This document shows, piece after piece, positions 15,105-26,449 of a stretch of DNA of 64,000 bases (its first letter is position 1; each line of letters opens with the position of its first letter). Both the position numbers and the translations under genes were made by a program. Source of the stretch: Nymphaea colorata (Eukaryota). Location: positions 186,001-250,000 of the forward strand of contig NC_045138.2 of assembly GCF_008831285.2 (NCBI RefSeq), read 5' to 3'. The notes beneath the pieces are model-generated. The model worked only from the letters and a program-made list of their open reading frames with translations. It ran no database searches and had not been told where the DNA came from.

Positions 15105-17202
15105 ATTAAAAGATCCAAATTGATGACCAATCTTAGTTCCACAAATTTCAATATCAGAACCAAATCTCCATATAAATACTGAAATTCTACCCAATTATCT
15201 TAGCAAACAGTTATCTGCAACTCTGCACATTGTTTGGATCAGTCATATATATGGGAAGTAGGATTTGGTTCAGATTTGAAGATAACCAAAAATTGCAGAA
15301 TCTGCACCCTTGAAACAAATGCTAATCGTATCATTAACAGCTAATACTTGCCAAACTCCATCCTAGATCCAATTCACTTGAATCCTCACATTAGATCCAC
15401 ATATTTCTTCTTTTAAATGTTTGAGAATGTAGAGAAGGCAGGGAGATAAACGGTTCAAACCCAGTTCAGATCCATTGTTTACTTAAATCTGACCTAATCA
15501 GATCTCCCCAGATCAGATCCAGTCTCCGACTTCAACTCTTAAATGTGAATCCCAATCCTAAAAGGACAATATGACACTTTCTACATGCAGTCTGGTTGGA
15601 TCTTGTTCCTTTATCAAAGCCCAACTAAACCGACCCCGAATTGGGTCCCTGATCCAAAGGAGAAAACAAGTTTGTCTTTCTCTGATTCTCTCCCTTGGGC
15701 TTGGATGAGGGATGTTAAAAGTTTGGATTTGGATTAAGGGTTTGACCATGTTGATACACTCTAATTTTTTATGTATTTCATTGGTTCAAATCCATCTCAC
15801 TTGCACCCCCTGATTTGAATGGATTGAATCAAAGCACTTTGAGATGGATTTGGCTGTCTGTCCTTTATTTAAGATCCAACATCTGGTGAGATGGTACTGG
15901 TCTGGCTGTCTTTTAAGTGGGGAGCCCACCCAACCACTTATCGCTCACCAGCTAATCAGAATCTTAATTATTGGCCTTTGCGGAACCAAGTGTTACAATC
16001 CAAACGCTGAGCAATTTGATGTGATGTTGAAAATAATACGAAGTCTCTGACAAACGACGAATGACTTAAACATATCGCGAATGTCACATCTTCATTATGA
16101 AGCCCCCCGATAATTATATATAAAAACAAAGCAACTTTTAATATTAAAAAATGATCATTTAAAAAAACTGCACACATTTGTAGACACCCTGGTACTTTTT
16201 TTGCCAAATTCAAGAATATACTGAATTTTTTGGGCTTTTTTTTTTCAATTTGCAGTTGAAATTTTGAAGTGGGTTGAACAGGTATCTTCCAATTTGAATA
16301 ATGTTTATAACCCTTTTTGGTTATTTAATATCATCATTATATGATTTTCAATATAAACTTTCCCAAATGACAAGTGCTAACATAGAAGAACGGAACATTG
16401 TAAGTGTTTTAGTGAAAGAGAAAATTTAAAAACTACCAGTTGATGTATCTTGAATAGAATAAACCACATCCTTAAAAGTTTTTTATTGTCAAGTTGGGAT
16501 TACACGAATCCATATAAGATTACGGCGAAGCATAAGCTCCAGCTATTATATTCGGGTTCAGAGCCAGGGGGAATATTACCTGTTATAATTAAAAAAAGAA
16601 ACAATCATCCCACCTCCATAAAATTTGAAAAACATAGTGGGCCCTTGTGAAAAATTTTCAAAAAGCATTTCAAAAAATGCTTAAACCATTCAACCCCCAC
16701 AAAAAAATTAATTCACTGCTTAGCCTTTTTTTTTCTTTCTTTTTTTGTAACATAAGATGGAACATGAAAAAACACCCATATATAATTCAACTATGGAAAG
16801 TTGGATTGATCAAATTTGAGACATGAACAAAATGTAGCAAAAAAAAAAAAAGAAAAAGAATTAGGAATAGTTTTCTGGATGAGGGCTTCCGTTTGATTTA
16901 CATTTATAATGAGAAACTTTTTGTGGTAAATTGAAAATAATTCAACTTTTGTTGTGCCCATGACTCGAACTCAAATGATGATGTTTATAAAATTATTGAG
17001 TTGCACGGAGCACCAAGAGGACCCGCTCGGCCGCTCCTGCTCCGGCAGAAAGGACGATTTCTGTGTCATGCCGTAACATAGAAACCCCTGTTCCCACGGT
17101 TTAATATCTTTAAGGATTATTTTTGGTTATTTTATAAAATATATATTTTTTAGTTTAGAGTAAATTTTCAAAATTAGGGCTGAGTAACCAAGTAAGTAAA
17201 CT

Positions 17203-17471
17203 TAGGGTGGGCGTTAGGCCTAGCTGCCCGTGGGTCTCGTATCCGGCCTGGTATGGGTCCGAGCTTGGGTTTAGGTTCAATGAATCAACCCGATTCGTTT
17301 TGATTAATTTTTTAATTATTTTTTATTAATAATATATATATTATTATTAAAATTTTATTTTATGTTTTAAAAATAATTTTTTATTATAACCAGGCCGAGC
17401 CTGACTTTTAGACAACGGGCTTGCCTGAACCCAGTTCTTATCAGGTTGTGCCAGCCCGATGCCAACCCCTA
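17203..17471. mobile_element. hAT-type MITE (TAGGGTGGGC family)
   Basis: TIRs TAGGGTGGGC...GCCAACCCCTA and perfect 8-bp TSD AGTAAACT (17195-17202, 17472-17479). Related copies at about 18710-18880, 30560-30825, 50150-50480, 61830-62250 and 63190-63514. Confidence 0.8.
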
Positions 17472-19060
17472 AGTAAACTCAACCCTTGATAGATCTTGTT
17501 TGGGTTCATTTGGCATTCGGGTTAACTTGATGAAAAAAAAAAACTTGTTGGGTGTTGGGTTATTGAGTCGAGTATTGAGGACTCGACCTAACTCGAAATA
17601 TGTATTTATAACTTATATTTTCACATTTTTTGTTTTTATATATATATATAAAGAGAGAAATGAAACGTTTATGGGTTTGAAATAAGTTTGACATTGCACC
17701 TGAGGGTCTGACCCAATAACTGAGTAGCTCAAGCTTAGACTGCCCACAAGGGCTTCGGCCCAACCCAAGCTCAGCTTTGTCAGTCTTGGGCGGATTCGGC
17801 CTGGCCTGATGTCCAACCTTAATTAAGTTATAGTCCCTTGTCATGAACCATAACTTATAACATGCTCCGAGCACATCAATATTTAATTTTGGAATAATTT
17901 TGTTTATATTAAGGCTAAAGGATATCCTTAACTATATTTTTCATTCCTAAAGCATGTGTTTATGACATACTTCACAAGATCAAGTAATTGTTTATATCAA
18001 ATGTCGCACATCAAACATTGACCAACTACTTGTAAAATTCTCATGATAATATCATTCCCTTAAGCCGTATACATTATTGCTTCACTGGAGTAAAGCTGTG
18101 ACCACATTTCCTATTGCATAAGTCGTGTTGATGAATGCCACAATTTTCTTTGAACATGTGATGGTCTGGATGAAAGGCTTAAGTCTTAAACATTTTCAAG
18201 TCTATACCATATTTTCACGAGATCAAACGTGCCTTTAGAACTAGTTTGGTAAATAAAACACTTTGGAATTTGGAAGTTTTTCATAAATCTGTTTCAAAGA
18301 TTGAGAAAGGTTTATAAACACCTGCCCCAATATTTAGAAAATATTCATAGAACACTCAAAAACTATTTTATTTGTCAAACGACTCTTTAGAGTCTGTTTG
18401 GCAACTGTAATTGTCATATAAACTTACCTTAAAAAATGAGGTAAATTTAAAAAACAATATTACAAGTGTTTCATGAATATTATAAGGATCCATCAATCTA
18501 CCCCAACATTTAAAACATATCCACAAAACACTCACAAAATATTCATTTGTCAAACGATCTGGGCTGCTTGGCTTTTTAAAAAGTAAAATAAATTCGTAAA
18601 ACACTATTACAAAATTTCATAAATCTTTTCTAAATTTTTCAAGCATATTCATAAAAAAGTAACATATTTTTAGTTGCCGAAAAAACCTTAGAGCATGGAG
18701 ATATAGAATTGGGTATGGGCTGGCTTGATGCCCGAAATCTGAACCCAAGCCTGGCTAGGTTAAAATAAAACATATTTTAATAATAAAAAATATATTTTAA
18801 TAAAATAAAACTATTTTTATTTATTATCAGGCTGAATTGAGCTCCTGATCCGGGTGGACGTGATACGTTATAGGGTTGGTTGGAGCCTGATCAGTATGGA
18901 TACTGAGTATCAATTGGTACTCGGTTCGATGCGTGGAGAGAATGGTGGAGTCAAATTTTTTTAAAGAATGACCACTATATAATTTTTGAAATTTGTATAA
19001 GGCCTCACTACTTTTGAAAACAGGAAGCAAAATTTAGTTTTTCAAAAACTCAAGGGATAT

Positions 19061-22000
19061 TGATAGAACTTTGCTGCCGAGGCGCTATCGCTACCCAAGA
19101 TCAGCAAGGCGGATTGGTCTCAGCTTTGTGATCTGCCATAGCTTCTCCTTCTATCGCAAGATCAGGAGAGGCAGATGTTCCTTCGGCCAATTGGGGAGAA
19201 AAAGAAAAGAGTATTGAGGACGGGAGGATGATTGACACCGTTGGATCGAAGAAAGACACCAGTCGTCGCTGGTCAAGGGTGAAAAGAAATCAATCCGGGA
19301 CTTGGTTGAGAAGAAGATGGGATGAGAGAGAGAGTGACGCCCAAAGTAAAAATCATTTCATTCTTCATTCAAGTGTAAGAGAAAAACCCTAACTACATGA
19401 CTTATATACAAAAGAGCGTCTCGATTCTAACTCTAACCTGAGACGAGATAAAAACAAACCGAACCAAAGAACGTCTCAAACCAAGACGATACATAAGAGT
19501 AAATAAACATAAGTAAAAAGGGTGCCTGAAGTAGATCTGGCTGAGCCTGTTCTCTCTATGGATCTGGACCGTGTCTCACATTTTTCGACCTTAGCTGCTC
19601 CGCCCACTCCTCCCACTGCAGCCATACGAGTGGTGCTCACAGGGTCTACATGTATCAAACCCAGAACCTTGCCAAGGTGCCGTGTGATCCCACCCACTCG
19701 CGTGCACTTGGCTCTTCGCACATAGGTGCTAGTGGTCGTTTCTTGGGCTTGCGCCCATCCTTGGCCGCGCGTAGTGTTGCAGCCTGCTACTCTCGGCAAT
19801 CCCCGCAGAGGCTAACCTCACATGGCAACAAGGACATAGGCCCGTCGGGTGGTAATCGTCGTGCCTAGCTGCAACTCACGCAGCCGGTCGGCTTCGCTTC
19901 AGTGCTCTCCGCAGTACTCGACGGTGCTAGAATTTAGGCACGTATCAGATCCACCCTCCTTAGATCGAGCTTGACCCTAAGCTCATAGGAGGTTATCTCC
20001 TTGGATGGTCTGGCCATGCCCCTTCCGTGTTCCTAGGCTGCTATAATTTGGCATTCCTTTCTAAGGCGTTGGAACAAGTTCCTTCCATGTACAACCCGAA
20101 ATCGTTTGGACCTGCTCTCCTTGGTCACTTATCGAACTCATGACTATCTCCCGCGTTGCTGCCCTTTGTATACTATCCAACAAACTCCATGAAGTACCAC
20201 TCACACCCTCCTTAGGCTCGACTATATACTGAGGAGTGAAGGACCGTGGTAACAATGGCCCTCTCATGGCTATGGTGTCATTCTCAACCATCGAACCCAT
20301 GGCGACTTCAGCTTGCTTCCCTTTTGCTTGCAGCCCATCGATGGCCTCAATGATTTTCTCACCAAGCTGTTCCATTGCTTGTGCCTCCGGTCTTTCCACG
20401 TACGGCTCTTGGTGTTTGCTGTCATGACCTCCTTTTTGCTCGTGGTCATGATCTCCATCTTCTTGGTTTGGAGATGAAGGAGTCTCCTGTAGCACTAAGC
20501 TCCGACTTGAGTTCCCAATTTGGAGAACCTCAACCGGATAGATCCTCACCGTTTGCTGGGGTCTTAAGCTATACCCTGCCACAGTTAGTTTACCAGTTAG
20601 TGTCACATTGGTCACCCAAACTCGCCGGCTCCCCTTGTCGATCTCGAGTTCAAAGTAGAACCCGTGGATGCTCGGGTGTTGGAATACCAAGTTGCCATCC
20701 GTAAATCTTCCCGCAGTCCATACCTCTACTCTCGGTCATTGGTTGATCTCCGAACTAGAAATCAACACTATATCTTGTAGGTGCTTGTCCCTCGTGTAGA
20801 CGCCAAGAACTAAGTCCATTGCACTCTTATTCTCTGTTAGCCGTTTTAGGAACCTTTGCTTCTTCAAAAATCGATATCTTCTCACAGGATGGTCCAAAAT
20901 TCACGAAACTTGAAAAAAAAAATAGAAGAAATCTGTAGGAATCCAATGCCTCCAAGATGGCTGTCAGCATGGTCTCCTATATAAATTCGTTGAGCCCCAA
21001 AGTCATGCCTTTTATGTTCGACTGTAGCTTGTACTCAGTTCCAAGAATCAGCTCAGAGTAGTCAGCACTCAAAAATTCACTGCGCCCTGATGTTAGCTCT
21101 GAGAGATGCTTGAGACGTAGACGAATCCAATGGTCTATTGCTTGACCCGTAAATCCTTCTAGAAAATTAACGCCAATGATTTTTGTCACTGCGTTTTTCA
21201 ATCTACCTTGAAAAAGATGATATGTGTCACTGAAACTGGATTCGCCGCTGTGAGCGTCCGCTCTAATACCAAATTGATGGAACCTCGTTGCCAAGGTGCT
21301 ATCGCTACCCAAGATCACGCTCAGTAGGGCGGATTGGTCTCAGCTTTGTGATCTGCCACAGCTTCTCCTTCTATCGCAGGATCAGGGGAGACAGATGTTC
21401 CTTCGGCCGATTGGGGAGAAGAAGAAAAAAGTATTGAGGATGGGAGAAGGATTGACGCCATCGGATCGAAGAAAGACACTAGCCGTCGCTGGTCAAGGGT
21501 GAGAAGAAATCAATCCGGCCACCGCCGGGAAGACGAGTAGACTTGGTTGAGAAGAAGATTGGATGAGAGAGAGAGTGATGCCCAAAATGAAAATCAATTT
21601 ATTCTTCATTCAAGCGTAAGAGAAAAACCCTAATTACATGACTTATGTACATAAGAGCGTCTCAGTTCTAACTCTAACCTGAGACGAGATAAAAACAAAT
21701 CGAACCAAAGAACGTTTCAAACCGAGACGATACATAAGAGTAAATAAACATAAGTAAAAAGAGTGCCTAAAGTAGATCTGGTTGAGCCCGTTCTCTCTAT
21801 GGATCTGGACCATGTCTCACCTTTTTCGACCTTAGCTGTTCTGCCCATTCCTCCCACTGCAGCCATACGAGTGGTGCTCAAAGGGTCTACATGTATCAAA
21901 CCCAGAACCTTGCCAAGGTGCAGTGTGATCCCACTCACACGCGTGCACTTAGCACTTCGCACATGGGTGCTAATGGCCGACCCTGCGTAGTGCTGCAGCC

Positions 22001-22089
22001 TGCTACTCTCGGCAATCCCCGTCGATGCTAACCTCACAAGACAACGAGAACATAGGCCCATCGGGTGGTAATCGTTTAGGCACGTATCA
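19061..22089 (-). mobile_element. Complete non-autonomous LTR retrotransposon (probably Gypsy/chromovirus-derived), 3.03 kb
   Basis: LTRs 21275-22089 (5') and 19061-19947 (3'), both TGAT...ATCA and about 90% identical by eye, mostly transitions. PBS TGGTATTAGAGC (tRNA-iMet, 1 mismatch) at 21271-21260. PPT AAGGAGGGTGGATC at 19961-19948. Flanks GATAT/TATAT (4/5 TSD). The 1327-bp internal region shows no RT, RNaseH or integrase core motifs. Confidence 0.93.
20061..20819 (-). pseudogene. FHA-domain ORF inside the LTR element, with one premature stop
   Basis: Extending the 20690-20061 ORF upstream in frame gives ATG at 20819: MDLVLGVYTRDKHLQDIVLISSSEINQ*PRVEVWTAGRFTDGNLVFQHPSIHGFYFELEIDKGSRRVWVTNVTLTGKLTVAGYSLRPQQTVRIYPVEVLQIGNSSRSLVLQ, then an acidic linker and a helical segment. 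The spacing of GR..HPSI..VT..L.P...V.....L.IG.SSR fits FHA domains. The TGA at 20738-20736 is one C>T change from CGA. Confidence 0.72.
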
Positions 22090-22447
22090 TATATACTGCT
22101 AAAAAGAAATGAGTAGGTAAATTTTATTTTTTCAAAAAGAAATGAGTAGGTAAATTTTAATTTTTCAAAAACTCAAGATATGCTCCTGAAAACAATTTTT
22201 CAAAAGCCCGAATGATACGCCGCTGAAAACAGTAAGTAGTGAATTTTATCTGTTTTTATTTACCCTTCAGTTTCTGAAATAGGTACGAAGACACATACAA
22301 GATTTATCACTAACAAAAGCTCATATAAATCCCGCAACAGTTAGTGTTCTTTCCCGCGTCTCCTGTGTGCCTGAACAGGAAGCCGACACGGCCACCGGGA
22401 AGCTCCTTCGCCGGCAACGTAGTCACCCATCAGAACCAAGGCATGTG

Positions 22448-22490
<43 letters not shown>

Positions 22491-24676
22491 GTGCGTGCAT
22501 CTGCATTCGTGCATCATTCTCTCCATCGGGCAGCCCCTGCCTGAATGGGAGGCGGAATAGAGACGGGAGGTCAGGGCTGCGTCGACTCCATTTCTTTTGG
22601 CCAGAGAATCGGTCGGCCGGTGCACACAGCCCTTTCCTTTTTGTTTTTTGGGTCGTATGTTGGTTGTTGGAAACGTGCTTGTGCGTGGTTTAAAGTTTAC
22701 TACCAATCTTGCCAAAGAATTTTCAGAAGAGGGGGTTTAAAGGGATTCTGCAGTTAAATTTGGGAAGAGACTCGAAATCTAACAGCAGATGCACCGAAAG
22801 CGTTTTGATCAGGCTTCCAGTGCCTTGGCTCATAGCCTCTTTTATATGTCGTTCATCCTCGCTTTGAAGTCTGAAATTTCCCGTAGCAATGGTTCATTCG
22901 CAGCCTTACTATGCCTGCTGCATATGATGATGCATAGGGCTATTAGTTGGCAGCCTCATGATGCCATTGATAGGGAGAGTGAAGCCATTTTATAGGCCGT
23001 TCAGGTCGCCGGCCATGCATTTTTTTAGTCATCTTTCTTCGAAGCTCATATACCAACTCCTAGGATATGAGTCAACACAGGTACTAATGATAAAATAGCT
23101 TACTTGAGAACATATTGATCAGAAATATTTCGTCCGCAGCTACAAGGTTATAGAAAACAGGACTAGGGCAAAAAGAAGACAGGAAATCCCTTTTCTTATG
23201 ACTTAATTTTAGGAAGTCAAAGTTAAACTACATACATAAAGTGATACAGAGTAGCATAAGAACCAAGGCTATGTTAACATCGAAAGAGAATTATGAACAA
23301 TCTCACTCCATACCTATGTAAAGACATCCCCAGAATGGATGCCACACATCTACATAGGGTCCAAAAAGAGATAAATTTTCATAATATGGTAGTAACGTAT
23401 GCAAAAGGCAGGCCAAGTTTACTTCATGAATGAACATCTCTTAAGATAAGCCCCCCCTGAAAAAGGAAAAAAGTTAGTCTATTCAGGGAAATGCAGTTTG
23501 GAGGTTCTTTAACATTAGATTATGTTCTTGCCTAGACATTGTGTTGGATGAACAAACTGTAGCTATAGATATTGCTGTTCTGCATGCGATATTAACATTA
23601 AAACAAAAAACAAAAAAAGTGTAAAAAACACACATTTTCTTTAAAAAGTCAAAATAAATTTAATGTACCTGTTATGGCATTTTTTTCCCCTGTCTGTTAT
23701 TCCTATTGCCGAAGCATTAGTCATTAAAGAAATTTTTAGAATGAATTTTTGCATGTGGTGAATTTCTTTTAAAAGGGGCAAAGTGGGTTAGAAAGTACTT
23801 AAAGAAATGACTTGATTTGTGTTCATAAAGTCATGGAAGGCTAAACTCATTCTTGGTTGTGTGTTTTGTTAGTTTCCATTTTCTAATTTTCATTGTGACT
23901 TTGCTATTCTGCTATATGAGTTATCCTTCTTGATTTTGTGATTGTTAAACGTTAGTTCTACACTTTTTAGTTGTCATCGTGTAATGTTTGAACTTAAATT
24001 AAGTTATCCATTGTCATTGTCATATATAATAATTTATCATCACTAAAACATCATTTCTGTCATTTTATCTAGTTCCTTTTTGTCTTTTTATCGGCTACTC
24101 ATTGATTTTATTTTTAACTAATTTATAAGATTTTTTTTTCATCTAAAAGAAATTGACCCAGATTTTCTCAACAAAAGAAAGTTGAAAAGTACCTGATAAC
24201 AACCTTGACTTTGAAAGCTTGAAAATGATATTTCTGGCTATGCAACAAACTAACAGTCTTTCTCAGTTAAAAAATGGAAAAGCTACAATTATCTTAAGGA
24301 AGCTCCCATATAATTACTTGCCTAGGTACCTATAACCTACGTTCTGAGCTACATATGTGAGAACATCTGATCTGGTTATAAATTGCAGTGGCTGGAGAAG
24401 ATGCTCCATTAGGACCTAAATCCCAAGGGCATCCATCAGTAGGTTTTGTCTTGTCTGCTATTTTTCAACAGCTTCTTTTTAACAATGTTGCAAAAATAAT
24501 GAAATATATGCTCTGGATTTTAATGAACATAGTCCTTGCCAACTAAGCAATTCTCTTTTTTCTGTTCTGCTAGCAGGCTATATTATTCTCCAAAACAAGA
24601 TCTGTTTAATTTCCACAATTGGCACTATTGTTGGTTCACATTATTCTTTTTTTGACTTTCTGAGTTTGCAGGAGAT

Positions 24677-25304
24677 ATGTCTGAATATGAAAATGTGGTT
24701 GTGGGAAAGCTAAAATTGAAAGGGAAGGCATTGGATGTCAAGTCCGGTGGGGTAAAGAAGAAAAAGAAGCACCAGCAGACTGGAACATCACATAATGAAT
24801 CATCTGGAGGTTTTCTCTTCTTAGTTCTTACTCAAACCCCAAATGTTGTCCGTCAACCCTCTCTGGACTTCTTTCTGCCAACTGCAAACTGCAATCTTTT
24901 TATTTAACCAAAGAAATTGGATTCTTGTTGTCCGGCTCCAACTTTTTTTGTGATTTGTTCACTGGAAATTCTGCTTTAGTTGAAGCAGTTTAAAGGATAT
25001 AAATGAGGAGCACCAGTTAGGCAATGAGGGAAATGATCCTGCGTATGATGATCATCTCACGCCAGCAGAGAGGAAATACATAAAGCAGCGGGCCAAACTT
25101 GACACAAAACTGTTGGTGAAACCCTCCAATAAATCACACAGAGTCAAAATTCAGGACTTCAATCAGTACCTAGCAAATCTTGGTGAGCATTATGACATTC
25201 CGAAAGTGGGCCCTGCCTATTTAATGTTCTCGCCAACGAGAAAGTGCCAAAGTGGTATGCTGCTTAACATTGTTCTTTGCGTGCCAAAGTGGTATGCTGC
25301 TTAA
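24677..25304 (+). pseudogene. FAM32A: FAM32A-like (DUF1754) small basic protein, probably disabled
   Basis: Exon 1 24677-24809 encodes MSEYENVVVGKLKLKGKALDVKSGGVKKKKK, with acceptor tttgcag just before the ATG (5' UTR intron). The downstream segment encodes YDDHLTPAERKYIKQRAKLD..SNKSHRVKIQDFNQYLANLGEHYDIPKVGP. None of the AG dinucleotides at 24978-24995 restores the frame, and the usual terminal GPG-stop reads GPAYL. Confidence 0.75.
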
Positions 25305-26449
25305 CATTGTTCTTTGCCAGATACAACTTGTAATTGCAACAGGCTGGTCCAAGGCACAGAACCCTTATATGTTTCCTTTAGTTGCCAGTTGCAGCCTTCC
25401 ATTTCTGATGCACTGATAACACTTTATCATCAATCATGTCATGCAATAATGACTTCAAAATATGTTATCTCATATTGGTTCTTATTACTCTTTCCATCCT
25501 ATTAAATAAACTGTTATCTAGTCATCTTTCTGTAACGATATGAACAGGTCCGGTATGGTAGTCTATTTGCCCTTGGTTTGAACCTGATTGATCCAAGTAC
25601 TTGACATTTTTCTCATCCGAGCTTTCTAGTGCAGTGGCTTGATCGCTGTTCTGATTTTGGGACATTACCAGACGTGGATTTTCTTGTGAAGTCTACTTAT
25701 ATTCTTCTAAGTGAGGAAGAGGAGCATTTTAACCTACTGCACGGCTGAAAGATGAAGCCCCCACCCTTCCCCTCATGCCCAACTCCATTTATGTTCTTGG
25801 AAAAACTGTGGGAACAATATTTGTTTATGCATTCTTTAGTATCAAAAAATAAGAAAATTATCAAGGAAATGGAAATGTGGTATCAATAAAATATTTGATA
25901 ATGCAAATCCTAATCTGCTGAAAATTTTCTCGTTTCCTGAATGTGTCGTGATAAACTGTGATACATTTAAGACCAAAATCCGTCATTCCCACCATCTATT
26001 TGAATTATGATGACATTGATTGTGCAAATTGATGATGCTTTTTGTCTGATCTGATCCCTTGGATATGTTTTCCGTTCTTAATTACTAGGCCACATACTTC
26101 AGATTCAATTAGTTTGGCGAAAAGTTCGATTCTTTTCCTATCAATTTTTTCAAGCAATGCATGCCGTTGATATTCTCAACCTCTTGAGCAAACAGTGGTA
26201 AAAATATGTGATCTAACTTAATGGTTTCTGTTAAATAAGGCATGAAACGCATGTACAAGTCAACAAAACGCACTGGCAGATACAATCGTTTTGCTGAGAC
26301 CCAAGGAGGAGCCTAAAGAACAAATTTCATGCTTCCCACATGGTAACAATGATAATAACAATGAAAATGGTAAATTATTGTTCAGGGCACATTCATACAT
26401 AATCCCTCTCTCTCTCTCTGTGTGATTATCTGTATCTGCTACAAACAGG

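Noticed and set aside
20977..21318. 113-aa ORF spanning the LTR/PBS junction, considered as a gag remnant
   Set aside because: No gag, zinc-knuckle or protease motif is recognisable, and it starts inside the LTR at a non-ATG codon. A profile search would be needed to exclude it fully.
19476..22061. Paired similar ORFs (19476-19799 and 21717-22061; 19522-19725 and 21763-21990)
   Set aside because: They are similar only because they lie in the two LTRs.
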